Shown one piece after another: positions 51,552 through 62,100 of a DNA stretch of 64,000 bases. The position numbers and the translations under genes are program-made. Position 1 is the stretch's first letter, and each line of letters starts with the position of its first letter. The DNA comes from a plasmid, in assembly GCF_054482595.1 (NCBI RefSeq), contig NZ_JBTHVH010000001.1, one strand, 5' to 3'. The notes under the pieces are model-generated. The model did not search any database. It had not been told where the DNA came from and saw only the letters and a list, made by a program, of their open reading frames with translations.

Positions 51552-54500
51552 TATGCAAACTCCTCGATAATACAAATCCCTGCAGCGCCTTTCCCGCCCG
51601 TCATACTGGTTCCGCTATAACCGGCATCGTATGCACCACCGCCGCCCGAACCATATGCCCGACCGATAACGCCACCGCCAGCGCCTGCGCGACCACCGCC
51701 CCCCCAGAACGATGATCCTCCTTCACCACTGACGCTGATATTTCCGGACTGACCGTCACCTCCATGCCCACCAATAATGCGGACATCACCAGTATTCGGC
51801 GCGCCTCCATTACCACCGTTCGTGTTTGTGACTCCTACTTTCCCGCCGCCTTCACCGCCAGGGGCTATTACCGTTCCGAACGAGCTATCACCGCCCTTGA
51901 GGCCGTTCGTCGCACCAACACCGCCGCCCCCACCTGCGCCGATAGTGACTGGATAACTATTCTGTGTCGGGGTCATTATTGAAATTATTGTCCCACCGGC
52001 CCCACCGCCAGCACCGAAAAACGTCTCGTTATTGGATGTAGCCTGGCAGCCACCACCTCCGCCACCGCCGCCCGTAATTGTGACCCTGATTCGTTTTGTT
52101 CCTGGCGTCGGGGTATACGTACCTGATGAAGTGAAAACCCGGGTATTCACCAAACGCCCAACATATCCGCTTGAATCGCTCAGGCCAAGGTTAGCAGCAG
52201 TTAAAGTAATATTTGCAGAACCATCAAACTTAACACCGTTGATAGTGCGTGCAGTCTGTAGTTTCGTTGCGGTTGCGGCATTACCGGTAGTGCTCTGATT
52301 ACCTGCTTTATTCACGCCCGGCAGGTCGATATTGGCACTACCATCGAATGACACTCCGCCTATTGTGCGTGCTGTTTGCAGTTTTGTTGCAGTTGCAGCA
52401 TTGCCGGTAGTGCTCTGATTACCTGTTTTATTCACGCCCGGCAGGTCGATATTGGCACTACCATCAAATGACACCCCGCCGATTGTGCGTACTGTTTGCA
52501 GTTTCGTAGCGGTTGCAGCATTGCCGTTCAAACTACCATTGATGCCGCCAGTAACATTGAGTCCATTACCGATCGTAACAGTACCATTGGCATTGTTAAT
52601 GATAAGCGGCCTTAAATTATTATAGGTTCCCAGGCTGTTACCCGAATTGGTCAACATGAAATATGTGTTTGAACCATCGTTTCGGATAAAGAATCCGTAG
52701 TTTCCGTAGGCAATGCGCAGACCATTCGCCGATTTTGAAATGATCTCACCAGTAGCCGTTAAACCGCCGTTGAGATTTCCTCCGGTTATTGGTAATGCGC
52801 CGACATCCGTGGCGGTCGGTTTAATGTGCGAACTGTAAATTACATATACAGTTCCATCTGTCAGGCCTGTTGGTTTATTCGCTGTATAAGATGGTGATGT
52901 ATGAATCGTTACGCTGGCGTTACTGGTATAATCCCACTGAATATTAACACGTGTGGTGTAATTACCTATTTCAACATAAACATCATAGGTATCACCGGAT
53001 GTATTCACCCATGCAAAATTAGTAAATCCAACCGATGTCCGTCGCCATAACGCACCAGTAAGACCTTTTGGATTCCCATTTCCCGCACGAAGAACAAGTT
53101 CAGATATACCAGCCTGCATAGGGGAGTTAACATTATATCCAGAACCACCAATCAGGCTTATGTAAACCACGGAACTGGACTGTGGCATGGTTACAGTTGC
53201 CAGCTTGAACCATCCAGTACCACCACTAAAAGACATTGTTGTTGAGTTGATCGTGCCTATAGACCTTGGAGTTAGCTCAATGTTTTTAGAACCGTCAAAC
53301 AACACCCCATTTATAGTTCTAGCGGTTTGTAACTTGGTCGCTGTCGCTGCATTACCGGATGTATTCTGATTACCCGCAACGTTAACACCAGGTAAATTAA
53401 TATTCGCAGTACCATCAAAGCTAACTCCGCCGATAGTTCTTGCCGTCTGTAGTTTTGTAGCAGTTGCCGCATTGCCAGTTGTATTCTGATTGCCAGTGGC
53501 ATTCACACCAGGAATGGAGTCCCTTGATGTATATACCTGCGCCCACGCTGACCATGCCGCATCAGTGTGATCTCTTCGGGAGCGAATGAAAACCGGCGCA
53601 TGTGCACCGCTCGTACCACTCCAGCCAATAAGCAACTCGCCCTCACCAGCAGCACTCGCACCTTTCATGTGCAATACGTTGCCATACGCGGTCGGGTAGC
53701 TATTGTTGTACGCCTCATACATCTGCAATCCAGTAGAAGCACCTTGTGTTGTATCGGTGAGCGCAGTAACACGCCCTCTGGACGCAATTGTTGGTATCGA
53801 AATGTTCGCAGAACCATCAAACTTAACACCGTTGATTGTGCGTGCTGTTTGCAGTTTTGTTGCAGTTGCGGCATTACCGGTAGTGCTCTGATTACCTGCT
53901 TTATTCACGCCCGGCAGGTCGATATTGGCACTACCATCAAATGACACCCCGCCGATTGTGCGTACTGTTTGCAGTTTCGTAGCGGTTGCAGCATTGCCGG
54001 TAGTGCTCTGATTACCTGCTTTATTCACGCCCGGCAGGTCGATATTGGCACTACCATCGAACGACACTCCGCCGATTGTGCGTGCTGTTTGCAGTTTTGT
54101 GGCGGTGGATGCATTACCTGTCAAAGATCCACTAAGAGCCACGGCACTAAGAGACTTAACACTTACATCCTGACCCCATCCGGAAACAACAACCTGACTC
54201 CACGCTGTCCAGTTTCCATTAACAACAAAGCGAACGTATATACGTTTTGTGTCGCTGTTAATCAGCGTTTGCATGTTCGCATAATCTGATCCCGTAGTCT
54301 TACGAATCGACTCTACACGAACCAAAAAGTTACCGCTTACGCCGTCAGGCTTATTGGTAATATTTGCACCACCTGCGACAGTTTTGCATTGATAGTATTT
54401 AACGGATCCAGCTTCTGTATTAGCAATAATCAAGTCGTTTAAATCAATAGCCCGGCCGTCAATGGCTTCCGGCTCGATGGCTCCTGCTATCCCGGCACTG

Positions 54501-55978
54501 AATGTAGCAGCGGCTGAAAACGCTGTCTTACCTTTGAAAGTCTGTTGAGAACTCCAGGTATTAGCTGTGCTCAACAGGGGGATCTTTTCGCCGCTGGTTC
54601 CGATTTCTCTTAAACCAAGGTATTGGATAACAGCCAGTGTGCTTGTTTTAGCCAGGATATCGCGACCGACTGACGTTAAATCAGTCTGGGAAACAGTGTC
54701 TGTACCGGTAAAGTACGGCAATTTATTTGCGCCTGTCGCAAGACCAGCAAGCGCGGTTAAAGTTGCATCCAGAGGCTGTTTGCCTGCCAGCGCATTTGTC
54801 ATTGTTGTCGCAAAGTTCGGGTCATTGCCCAGTGCTGCTGCAAGCTCATTCAGGGTATCAAGAGCTTCAGGTGATGAGCCGACCAATGCAGAGATAGCAG
54901 CTCTTACATAAGCGGTCGTAGCAATCTGCGTGTTATTCGTACCCTGTGCAGCGGTAGGCGCAGTAGGTATTCCCGTTAATGCAGGACTTGCTAAAGGAGC
55001 TTTAAGAGCCAGAGCATTGTTGATAGTTGTGCTGAAATTCGGGTCGTTATTGATCGCAGCAGCTATTTCTTTAAGCGTATCCAGTGTGCCAGGTGCACCG
55101 TTGATAAGTGCCGTTACAGCTGCCTTAACAAAGGCTGTATTTGCGATCTGCGTGCTGTTTGTACCTTGCGCTGCCGTCGGCGCGGTTGGCGTTCCTGTCA
55201 GACTCGGGCTTTCTATTGGCGCTTTGGTATCAGCCAGCTCTTTTACAGACTTAACGGCTTTAGGGGTAGCCGCCATTGTTTCGCTGTCGCTGTTAGTTGC
55301 GCTACTGAGCTGAACTAATCCCTTTTGTGTTGTGCTTGCATCCTGCGCCGTATACTTGCTTTTAGCCAGATCGTAGGCTTTTTTAACCGCCAGCGAACTT
55401 GCAGCGACATCACTTCTGGTACTGGTTACAGAGTCGGAAATTTCAATGCCTATCGCGAGATCGATGCGGTCGGATACATCTATCATTTCCTTAGTAATAG
55501 CAGATACGCCAGCAGGGATATTCACCGTACAAACAAGCAGTTCCCCATCTCCTAACTGATATGAATCGGTATAGGTTCTGGCAACAAATTCAGCCGCATG
55601 AATATGTGACGCGGTATTAACCTGATAAGAATCTTCTCCAAGGAGGTATCTTCCCTTCAGCACAATTGCATATTTCTTACCTGCGCTAAGTGCAAGAGAA
55701 ATATCCTTACGCTGCTGAATAGTTACCTGGTAGAATTCACCAATATTCACTGACGCCGCGCCAGCGGTTTTATCACCATCCACTGAGGTGATTAACAGGT
55801 TCATCCCACCGCCAGGCTTAGGAAAAAAACCGGCATAAAATCCAGGGTCAACAATTCCCCTGAATTTTCGGTTTAGCGCGGCTGACAGATATGGTTCGTG
55901 GTATTGCACATCAGCCACCAGAGCCAACGACTCGGGTGATGGGTAAGTAACCGATGTGACAACTGTAACGTCATTCAT
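51551..55978 (-). CDS. tail fibre protein S (1475 aa) with phage-fibre repeats and glycine-rich C-terminus
   Basis: ATG at 55978 with AAGGA SD (track ORF extends to 56065); about 8 copies of GNAATATKLQTARTIGGVSFDGSANIDLPGVN. Confidence 0.8.
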   Translation of the reverse strand: MNDVTVVTSVTYPSPESLALVADVQYHEPYLSAALNRKFRGIVDPGFYAGFFPKPGGGMNLLITSVDGDKTAGAASVNIGEFYQVTIQQRKDISLALSAGKKYAIVLKGRYLLGEDSYQVNTASHIHAAEFVARTYTDSYQLGDGELLVCTVNIPAGVSAITKEMIDVSDRIDLAIGIEISDSVTSTRSDVAASSLAVKKAYDLAKSKYTAQDASTTQKGLVQLSSATNSDSETMAATPKAVKSVKELADTKAPIESPSLTGTPTAPTAAQGTNSTQIANTAFVKAAVTALINGAPGTLDTLKEIAAAINNDPNFSTTINNALALKAPLASPALTGIPTAPTAAQGTNNTQIATTAYVRAAISALVGSSPEALDTLNELAAALGNDPNFATTMTNALAGKQPLDATLTALAGLATGANKLPYFTGTDTVSQTDLTSVGRDILAKTSTLAVIQYLGLREIGTSGEKIPLLSTANTWSSQQTFKGKTAFSAAATFSAGIAGAIEPEAIDGRAIDLNDLIIANTEAGSVKYYQCKTVAGGANITNKPDGVSGNFLVRVESIRKTTGSDYANMQTLINSDTKRIYVRFVVNGNWTAWSQVVVSGWGQDVSVKSLSAVALSGSLTGNASTATKLQTARTIGGVSFDGSANIDLPGVNKAGNQSTTGNAATATKLQTVRTIGGVSFDGSANIDLPGVNKAGNQSTTGNAATATKLQTARTINGVKFDGSANISIPTIASRGRVTALTDTTQGASTGLQMYEAYNNSYPTAYGNVLHMKGASAAGEGELLIGWSGTSGAHAPVFIRSRRDHTDAAWSAWAQVYTSRDSIPGVNATGNQNTTGNAATATKLQTARTIGGVSFDGTANINLPGVNVAGNQNTSGNAATATKLQTARTINGVLFDGSKNIELTPRSIGTINSTTMSFSGGTGWFKLATVTMPQSSSVVYISLIGGSGYNVNSPMQAGISELVLRAGNGNPKGLTGALWRRTSVGFTNFAWVNTSGDTYDVYVEIGNYTTRVNIQWDYTSNASVTIHTSPSYTANKPTGLTDGTVYVIYSSHIKPTATDVGALPITGGNLNGGLTATGEIISKSANGLRIAYGNYGFFIRNDGSNTYFMLTNSGNSLGTYNNLRPLIINNANGTVTIGNGLNVTGGINGSLNGNAATATKLQTVRTIGGVSFDGSANIDLPGVNKTGNQSTTGNAATATKLQTARTIGGVSFDGSANIDLPGVNKAGNQSTTGNAATATKLQTARTINGVKFDGSANITLTAANLGLSDSSGYVGRLVNTRVFTSSGTYTPTPGTKRIRVTITGGGGGGGGCQATSNNETFFGAGGGAGGTIISIMTPTQNSYPVTIGAGGGGGVGATNGLKGGDSSFGTVIAPGGEGGGKVGVTNTNGGNGGAPNTGDVRIIGGHGGDGQSGNISVSGEGGSSFWGGGGRAGAGGGVIGRAYGSGGGGAYDAGYSGTSMTGGKGAAGICIIEEFA
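52170..54130. repeat. three clusters of tandem about 129-bp coding repeats inside S (52180-52560, 53280-53520, 53800-54120)
   Basis: Near-identical DNA blocks read directly. Confidence 0.6.
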
Positions 55979-55989
55979 CAAGCATATCC

Positions 55990-56424
55990 TTATGCTGTAG
56001 TCGTGTTTATGGCCATAACTGCGGTATATGTTTTGCCCACATACAGCGAGTCTTCCTGGACACAAATAATGGCGATTGGCTTGTTCTCGTTATCCAGAAC
56101 AACCAGAGTGTTGAATGGGTAGTTTTTCCCTTTCTGCAACTGGCTTTGATCAAGGTCCATTCGGACAGTAATTATCCCGCCTGAGTAGGTTGGGACGAGG
56201 TTGATGGTGCAAAATTTACTGGTCAGTTCTGCCAGATCGAAAGCCTTTGGCAGTTCTCCAATCTCATAAGTGCCATCTCCTTTCTTAGTAACCAGTGAAC
56301 TGGTACCGAAAACGGCCTTGCTGATTAAAAATCGAGAGCCTTTGTTAATGGACGATTCAGCGCGCCGCTGATAGTAATAGTCCAACAACTGACTCTTATA
56401 GAGGTTTGTTGAGACGTCAGACAT
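55990..56424 (-). CDS. R-like tail protein (144 aa)
   Basis: Position upstream of S. Confidence 0.45.
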   Translation of the reverse strand: MSDVSTNLYKSQLLDYYYQRRAESSINKGSRFLISKAVFGTSSLVTKKGDGTYEIGELPKAFDLAELTSKFCTINLVPTYSGGIITVRMDLDQSQLQKGKNYPFNTLVVLDNENKPIAIICVQEDSLYVGKTYTAVMAINTTTA

Positions 56425-56474
56425 GATTTTCCCTAATCAATGTTGTGAAGCCTCATTGTAAGAAAAGTAACTTG

Positions 56475-56499
56475 TCACCCCGCCCTGCGGACGGGGTGA
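56475..56499 (-). terminator. hairpin TCACCCCG-loop-CGGGGTGA between gene 16-like and R-like
   Basis: Read directly. Confidence 0.3.
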
Positions 56500-56502
56500 T
56501 TG

Positions 56503-57342
56503 TCAGGCGTCGCTATCCAGCAACAAATCATCTGCGCGTGTGCGATCAAACGTAGGTGTCGCTTTCACAATAGTGCCACCAGGCGTTGCGGTGATCGGGG
56601 CGCTAATCGACGTAACTCCAGTAAGCGAAGTTGTATCCGAAGTTTCAAACCAGCAGTACGCTTTTTCGGTATCAGAAATCTCGTTCAAAGTGATCATGTC
56701 GGCCTGTTCATTCACAACAACCGACAAATAGAGCGTAAGCCCATCAAACACTATATGCAGTGGCAGTAGAGGCTTTACGAACTGATTAAACTTTCTGAGA
56801 ATTTCTTCTGTAATTGCGGACTGATCTATCGTGCCAGTAATACCCATTGTCCGGGCCAGGTCGTTTATGGGAATACTGATCATCCCTCTGGAAGTCAGAA
56901 ACATCTCACCGAATGTGCCGCCGGTAGTTTCCAGTGTGCTTTCTGGTATTAGAACTGTGCCATAGGGATGACGTTCAAGGTCCACCGGTGCATATATCGG
57001 ATCCCATAAAACAGAAATACCATTAAATTCGCGGTAAATTGTCTGGTTTATAGGGCGTTCAGTCCCCTTAAAGTGAATCTCATCAAGCCGCTGTTGTAAC
57101 AACATCGGAACGGAAGATGAGTTTGAGGTTCTGATAGTAAAGAACTGGCCAAGTTCATTTGTCCTGGTCTCCAGATCCTCCTTGCTCATGGAAAAAATAG
57201 ACTTCCGGTTGGTAATTCGCTCCAACCATGGGTCAACAAAGGTGTCCATCATTGACTGAACCAAATCAGCCAATGATTTATAGAGCAATGACTTTTGCTT
57301 AGCTGATGTAAGCCGATTATTAAACCAGGAACGTTGCATCAC
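56503..57342 (-). CDS. baseplate protein (gene 16-like)
   Basis: Position. Confidence 0.45.
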   Translation of the reverse strand: MMQRSWFNNRLTSAKQKSLLYKSLADLVQSMMDTFVDPWLERITNRKSIFSMSKEDLETRTNELGQFFTIRTSNSSSVPMLLQQRLDEIHFKGTERPINQTIYREFNGISVLWDPIYAPVDLERHPYGTVLIPESTLETTGGTFGEMFLTSRGMISIPINDLARTMGITGTIDQSAITEEILRKFNQFVKPLLPLHIVFDGLTLYLSVVVNEQADMITLNEISDTEKAYCWFETSDTTSLTGVTSISAPITATPGGTIVKATPTFDRTRADDLLLDSDA

Positions 57343-58772
57343 TCCTCCTCATACGAAATATTAAAGGTGGAGTTTTCTGTATCCAGATAAACGAAATCGT
57401 AAAAGCCGTTGGACTCATTCCACTCGACAAATTCCAGATAAAAGTCGCGGAAATAACCCAGCGTTTCGATAAATGCCCAAACGTCTTTTTTCTTGATCAG
57501 GATGTACTTGCCGACACCGTTCGGATCAAAGAAATTTGAGTCGCGCCCAAATTTTGTTTCCAGTGCCGACTTCAACTCATCAGTCACGTTCTCAATAGTC
57601 AGGCTTGCCGATATCCGCCCGGTGATGGTTATCTTAAATGGTAGTTTTCTGACCTCTTTATAAGAGAATTTCTTGTTCAGTTCATTCGGTACCTTCTTAA
57701 AGGCAGTCAGGATCATTTCTTCAAGCTCTGACTGGCTTTTATTTGGATGCCATCCTGAAATAAATATCTTATTGATATTCTGAACATTATAAGCACCATC
57801 TAATTTCTCTTGCTGGCCTTCGCCCCATGCCTTTACCCAGGACAGCCCCGGGATGTTACGAACCAGAAAATACGTATAGTCCCCGCCCCATACGACCTGA
57901 TCATCATAGGCAAGGTAATATTGTGCACGGTTACGTGTGATCTCCGTTGTTTCAGCATCGGTACCTGCGGTTATAGGTGTCGTTGTCTTAACTGAAATCA
58001 AATTAGCTAAATTAGCCGCAGAATCGACAGGCGTCAGGTTTTGGCCAGCAACCAGGGTTATATCGCCGTTGGTGCACCATACCTTAAGCGTAATTGTCGA
58101 ACCTTCTGGCGGTATTTGCCCAATTAGCCCATCGCCGAATCGAACCCCCAACTGCTCGGATGGTTTATAAAACTCAACGTAGACCTGGCTTTTACTACCG
58201 GCTAACCGGAACATAGTGCTGGAAGACCACTGCGTGGTCTTACCATCGGTCGTCACGAATACTTCCAGCTTATAGCAGACAGCAGTAAGAGCCTTTGATA
58301 ACACGACTTCCAGAAATTCTTTGGCTGCCGTAACGGTATATGTCACCTCCTGGATTTCCAACTGTGCCACTTCTACCGTACCGGTGCCGTCAACCAACCT
58401 GCATACATCCATAGTCATGTAAGGGTACTGGTCGTCAGATATTAAAGGCATGTTTTTGGGGATTACCGCTGGGGCATCTTCACTTGTGGCGGTGATCTCA
58501 ATCATCCCCGATGACGGTGTTGGCTTGGTACCAACGTAACTATTCGTTTCTGCCGCTGCCAGGATAGAGGAACGCCGCGTCGCGGTCGATATAAAGCCTT
58601 CAGCCAGCGCCGCATCGGCATACTGAAAGCACCTGTAGACAATCTGGGTAATAAACAATGTCAGCATCGAGACAAATTGAGAGCCGACAAACTTCGACCA
58701 GAATGAATCTTTCTCGACAAGCTCTTCAAACTCTGCACGAATACTGTCTTTAGTCGGTGTTGTTTTACTCAT
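57339..58772 (-). CDS. baseplate protein BplA-like
   Basis: 477 aa, position. Confidence 0.5.
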   Translation of the reverse strand: MSKTTPTKDSIRAEFEELVEKDSFWSKFVGSQFVSMLTLFITQIVYRCFQYADAALAEGFISTATRRSSILAAAETNSYVGTKPTPSSGMIEITATSEDAPAVIPKNMPLISDDQYPYMTMDVCRLVDGTGTVEVAQLEIQEVTYTVTAAKEFLEVVLSKALTAVCYKLEVFVTTDGKTTQWSSSTMFRLAGSKSQVYVEFYKPSEQLGVRFGDGLIGQIPPEGSTITLKVWCTNGDITLVAGQNLTPVDSAANLANLISVKTTTPITAGTDAETTEITRNRAQYYLAYDDQVVWGGDYTYFLVRNIPGLSWVKAWGEGQQEKLDGAYNVQNINKIFISGWHPNKSQSELEEMILTAFKKVPNELNKKFSYKEVRKLPFKITITGRISASLTIENVTDELKSALETKFGRDSNFFDPNGVGKYILIKKKDVWAFIETLGYFRDFYLEFVEWNESNGFYDFVYLDTENSTFNISYEEE

Positions 58773-59128
58773 AGCACCACGTCCTGTGTGATAGTTATAT
58801 CCCTGATACGAATGGATATTTTCAACTTATCAAAAGCATCTCCCTCGGCTACTGACAAGCCAGAAATCGGTATGTCAGGTAAATCTACCGTCAGTTTTTG
58901 CAACAGCATTGCCTCAACCGCAATTTGAACATGCGACAAGTTGGTCGGTTCGTGTTTAAACTGCGGTAAAACATTGCCCCATGACGGATCTCCGTATACC
59001 TCACCCTGATAAGTGTTTAGCCACTCATATAAACGAGCGCCCCAGGCCTCCTCCTGGGACTCATACGTTTTTACGCCGGATAACTCCAGCGTCAGCAAAG
59101 GATCAATTTCGTTATTGTTGGCCATCAA
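58769..59128 (-). CDS. PmgA-like morphogenetic protein
   Basis: Position. Confidence 0.4.
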   Translation of the reverse strand: MMANNNEIDPLLTLELSGVKTYESQEEAWGARLYEWLNTYQGEVYGDPSWGNVLPQFKHEPTNLSHVQIAVEAMLLQKLTVDLPDIPISGLSVAEGDAFDKLKISIRIRDITITQDVVL

Positions 59129-62100
59129 TCAACTCTCGCGTAGTCATTCATCAACGGATCATCAATTGACAGTGGTACCGTGCGCATAACGCCCGGCTGA
59201 GGCGTGCTGACCTTTACGACAGTTCCCTGGCCTTTCGCCGAGTCTTTGGTGTGCTCTTCAATCCTGGCAAGCAATGAGGTCATCTGCGCAAACAGCCGCT
59301 TCGTTTCACCATCAAGTGAAACGGTATTATCAGCCAACTGCATTGTCGGCTTGGCACCGGAACCGCCAAGGTCACTAATAACCTGCCCGTCTATCTGCAT
59401 ACGACCGGTTGGTTGCTGCAAATCGTTGGCGGCAGTCGTCACCTTGGACGTGGAGGCTGGTTCAGGCGCATTATTTTTCCGCATCCCCGGCGAGTTGCGG
59501 AGTTTATCGAATAGTCCATCAATCCCCATTTGTGCGCCGAGTTGGTCAAAGTAACTTGAGTTGCTGGCCACCGGACGCGCCTCTTCAACTGGCATCGGAA
59601 TATCAACATACACATTGCCAGCTGCTGTTGCGGTCCCCTTCCCTCGTGCACGTTCTTCGAGCGTTCCCTGAACGACTTCCCGACGCATACCCCGGCCATT
59701 CATGAATTTGTTGACCAGATCGTTAACGCCAACAGCATTGCCGATTTTGTCTACCAGACCGCCTTTCTCAAACGGGCTATCACCAGGGGTAAACGCCAGG
59801 CCAGTAGACTGATCGATAACAGCGTTATCAGGCAGTGGTCCCCTCACTCCATATTGCGCCCCACCCTGTGCTCCTGCTCCAGGTGTATAGATTTCACCAC
59901 CTAAATAGCGAGCACGATGAGTATTGACCTTGATCGCGTACTCACGGTTTTCTTTCGATAAGTCACCTGTGCCTTTTTTCCACTTATTGATAGTGCCAAA
60001 CCCAGCGTTATATGCAGTGATGGCCTCGTTTAAGTCTCCATTGGCTTGCTTCAGATACTTGCTCATGAGAAGAGCCGCAGCTTCTGCCGATTTCACAGGA
60101 TCAAACGATTCACCTTCAGCTAAGCCAGTCTCTTCACGAGCAATCCCCGTGAACTGAAACATTCCCAGAGCACCGGTTTGGGATTTTGCATACGGATTAC
60201 CACCAGATTCAGTTGCAGCAATCGCGTAAAGAGTGCCTTCTGGAAGACCATATTTATTCTCTAGTTCAGCAAAATACGGAGCCAACTTATCGAGATTTGC
60301 CTTACCTTCAGATCCAAGACTTCCGACTTTTACATCCAAGCGGCCATTGTTGTAGGTATCCGCAGCTTTCTGAATGTCACTCCTGGTGCCAGTGGTATTA
60401 AGCGACGATGATGACGAGCTATTTTGACCAATAGCTTTATCAATTTTCTGCAACGCGCTATTGCCCGTTTCTACGGCATTTGCATTGATAATCTGATTCG
60501 CAGTTTCTTTAACTGTTTTATTGCTATCTTTCGCCGTGTCCAGTGCCGCATTTATCACGCGGGTAACAATATTAGTCTGTTTGGCATCGGATTCAGTTTT
60601 AGAATCAGATGTCTCCTGGTGGCTATTAACCGGAGCTTTTAACTCTGGAGTGATTTCTTTGGCATTAGCCTCGCTATTAACCGGAGCTTTTAACTGTGGA
60701 GCGATTTCTTTCGCATTAGCCTCGCTATTAACCGGAGCTTTTAACTCTGGAGTGATTTCTTTCGCATTAGCCTCGCCGATCGGATTGGGTATTTTTGATA
60801 CAATCATTGCCGCAGGGGTATTTTTAACGGCATCAACCGCTGCATCTAATGCTTTACCAGGTAAATTTTTAACCCCATCCCAAATATTACCAGCCGCCTC
60901 TTTAATGTGTTTCCCTGGGTTCTTAATGAAATCAATTGCACTATCAATTGCATCACTGAAAACCTGTTTCAGGTTATCAACAGTAAAGAAGTCTTTGATG
61001 GCATCCAGCTTTTCAAGCAGCTTATTAGATGTATCGCTAAACCATGCTGAAACAGCATCACCAATCTTTGCTGTGTAATCTTCGAACTTGGTAGAAATGG
61101 TGTCGCCAAGGTTAGAAATATATGTTTCTAAGTTGGTAATCCCACTATCAATGGCCTGGGCAATACTTTCCGTCGAAAATGATTGCAACATATTGCCGAT
61201 ATCCTCAAATCCAAGTGATTTGAGAACCTCACCAATGGCGCTGCTAATACCAGATACCAGTCCCCCCATATCAAGAACATTGGCTAACGTATAAGCGGCT
61301 TTTTGCTGGAATGATGGATCTTGTCCTGATTTAAGCCCAAACGCTCGACGTTGCGCTTCTGTATCATTCCAACCGGTTACCGCATCATAAATACCTCCAG
61401 CCACTGTGCCGACTAAGGGAATTGCGCGTAACGCCCCTTTACCAACTGCCTTTAATCCAAGTTTACCTGCTGCCCGGGCAGCCAAATCTCCACCTTCATG
61501 GGCGATAGTCTTCTTGCCACCACCGCGTAGCATTCCTACAAGTTTCTTTGCCCCCAGAGCGCCAAAAGCGAGTGCTCCAGCTTTTTTCAGCATGCCACGC
61601 CCCATTAACAACGACGCGACGCCACCGGCCCCCTTCCCTAACAGGCTAAATAGTTTGGACAGCAAGCCGCCCTTCTTTTTCCCGGTGTTTTTGGCTATCT
61701 GATCAAGGGCGCTGAGAATCTTGTCATTGCCCTCTTTAATTTCGCTGGTCTGCTCCTGAAGTTCCTGAACTGTCCGTTTTTGGGTGTTAACCTGAACGAC
61801 ATCGGCACTATTTTGCGATTTACGCCTAAAAAAACCTTTTCTACGGCTGTTATCGTCATTGCCACGAATCACATCGGCAATAGACTTTCTGGCACCATTA
61901 AGCGATCCACCAACTTCTTTTGATATCCCGCCAAGCTCCTTCCCTGCTGCCCACAATGGACCAGCAACGGCATAACCTAACGCATCAACGGCACGAGTCT
62001 CTGAAGGGTTACCTATGCCTTCAGCTACTTTTGACAGTTTTTTTAATAAACCTGATTCAGCATTTAGACGCTCATCATCCTCTTTACGCCTGGCCTTTTC

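Noticed and set aside
52170-54130. CRISPR-like array of about 129-bp repeats
   Set aside because: Repeats are in-frame coding repeats of the tail fibre gene with no spacer structure.
54567-55313. plus-strand ORFs antisense to S
   Set aside because: Lie inside the tail fibre gene and translate to Ala/Val-rich low-complexity peptides.
55979-56065. upstream extension of S to the ATG at 56065
   Set aside because: Would overlap the R-like gene by 75 bp; the ATG at 55978 has an AAGGA SD and abuts the R stop.
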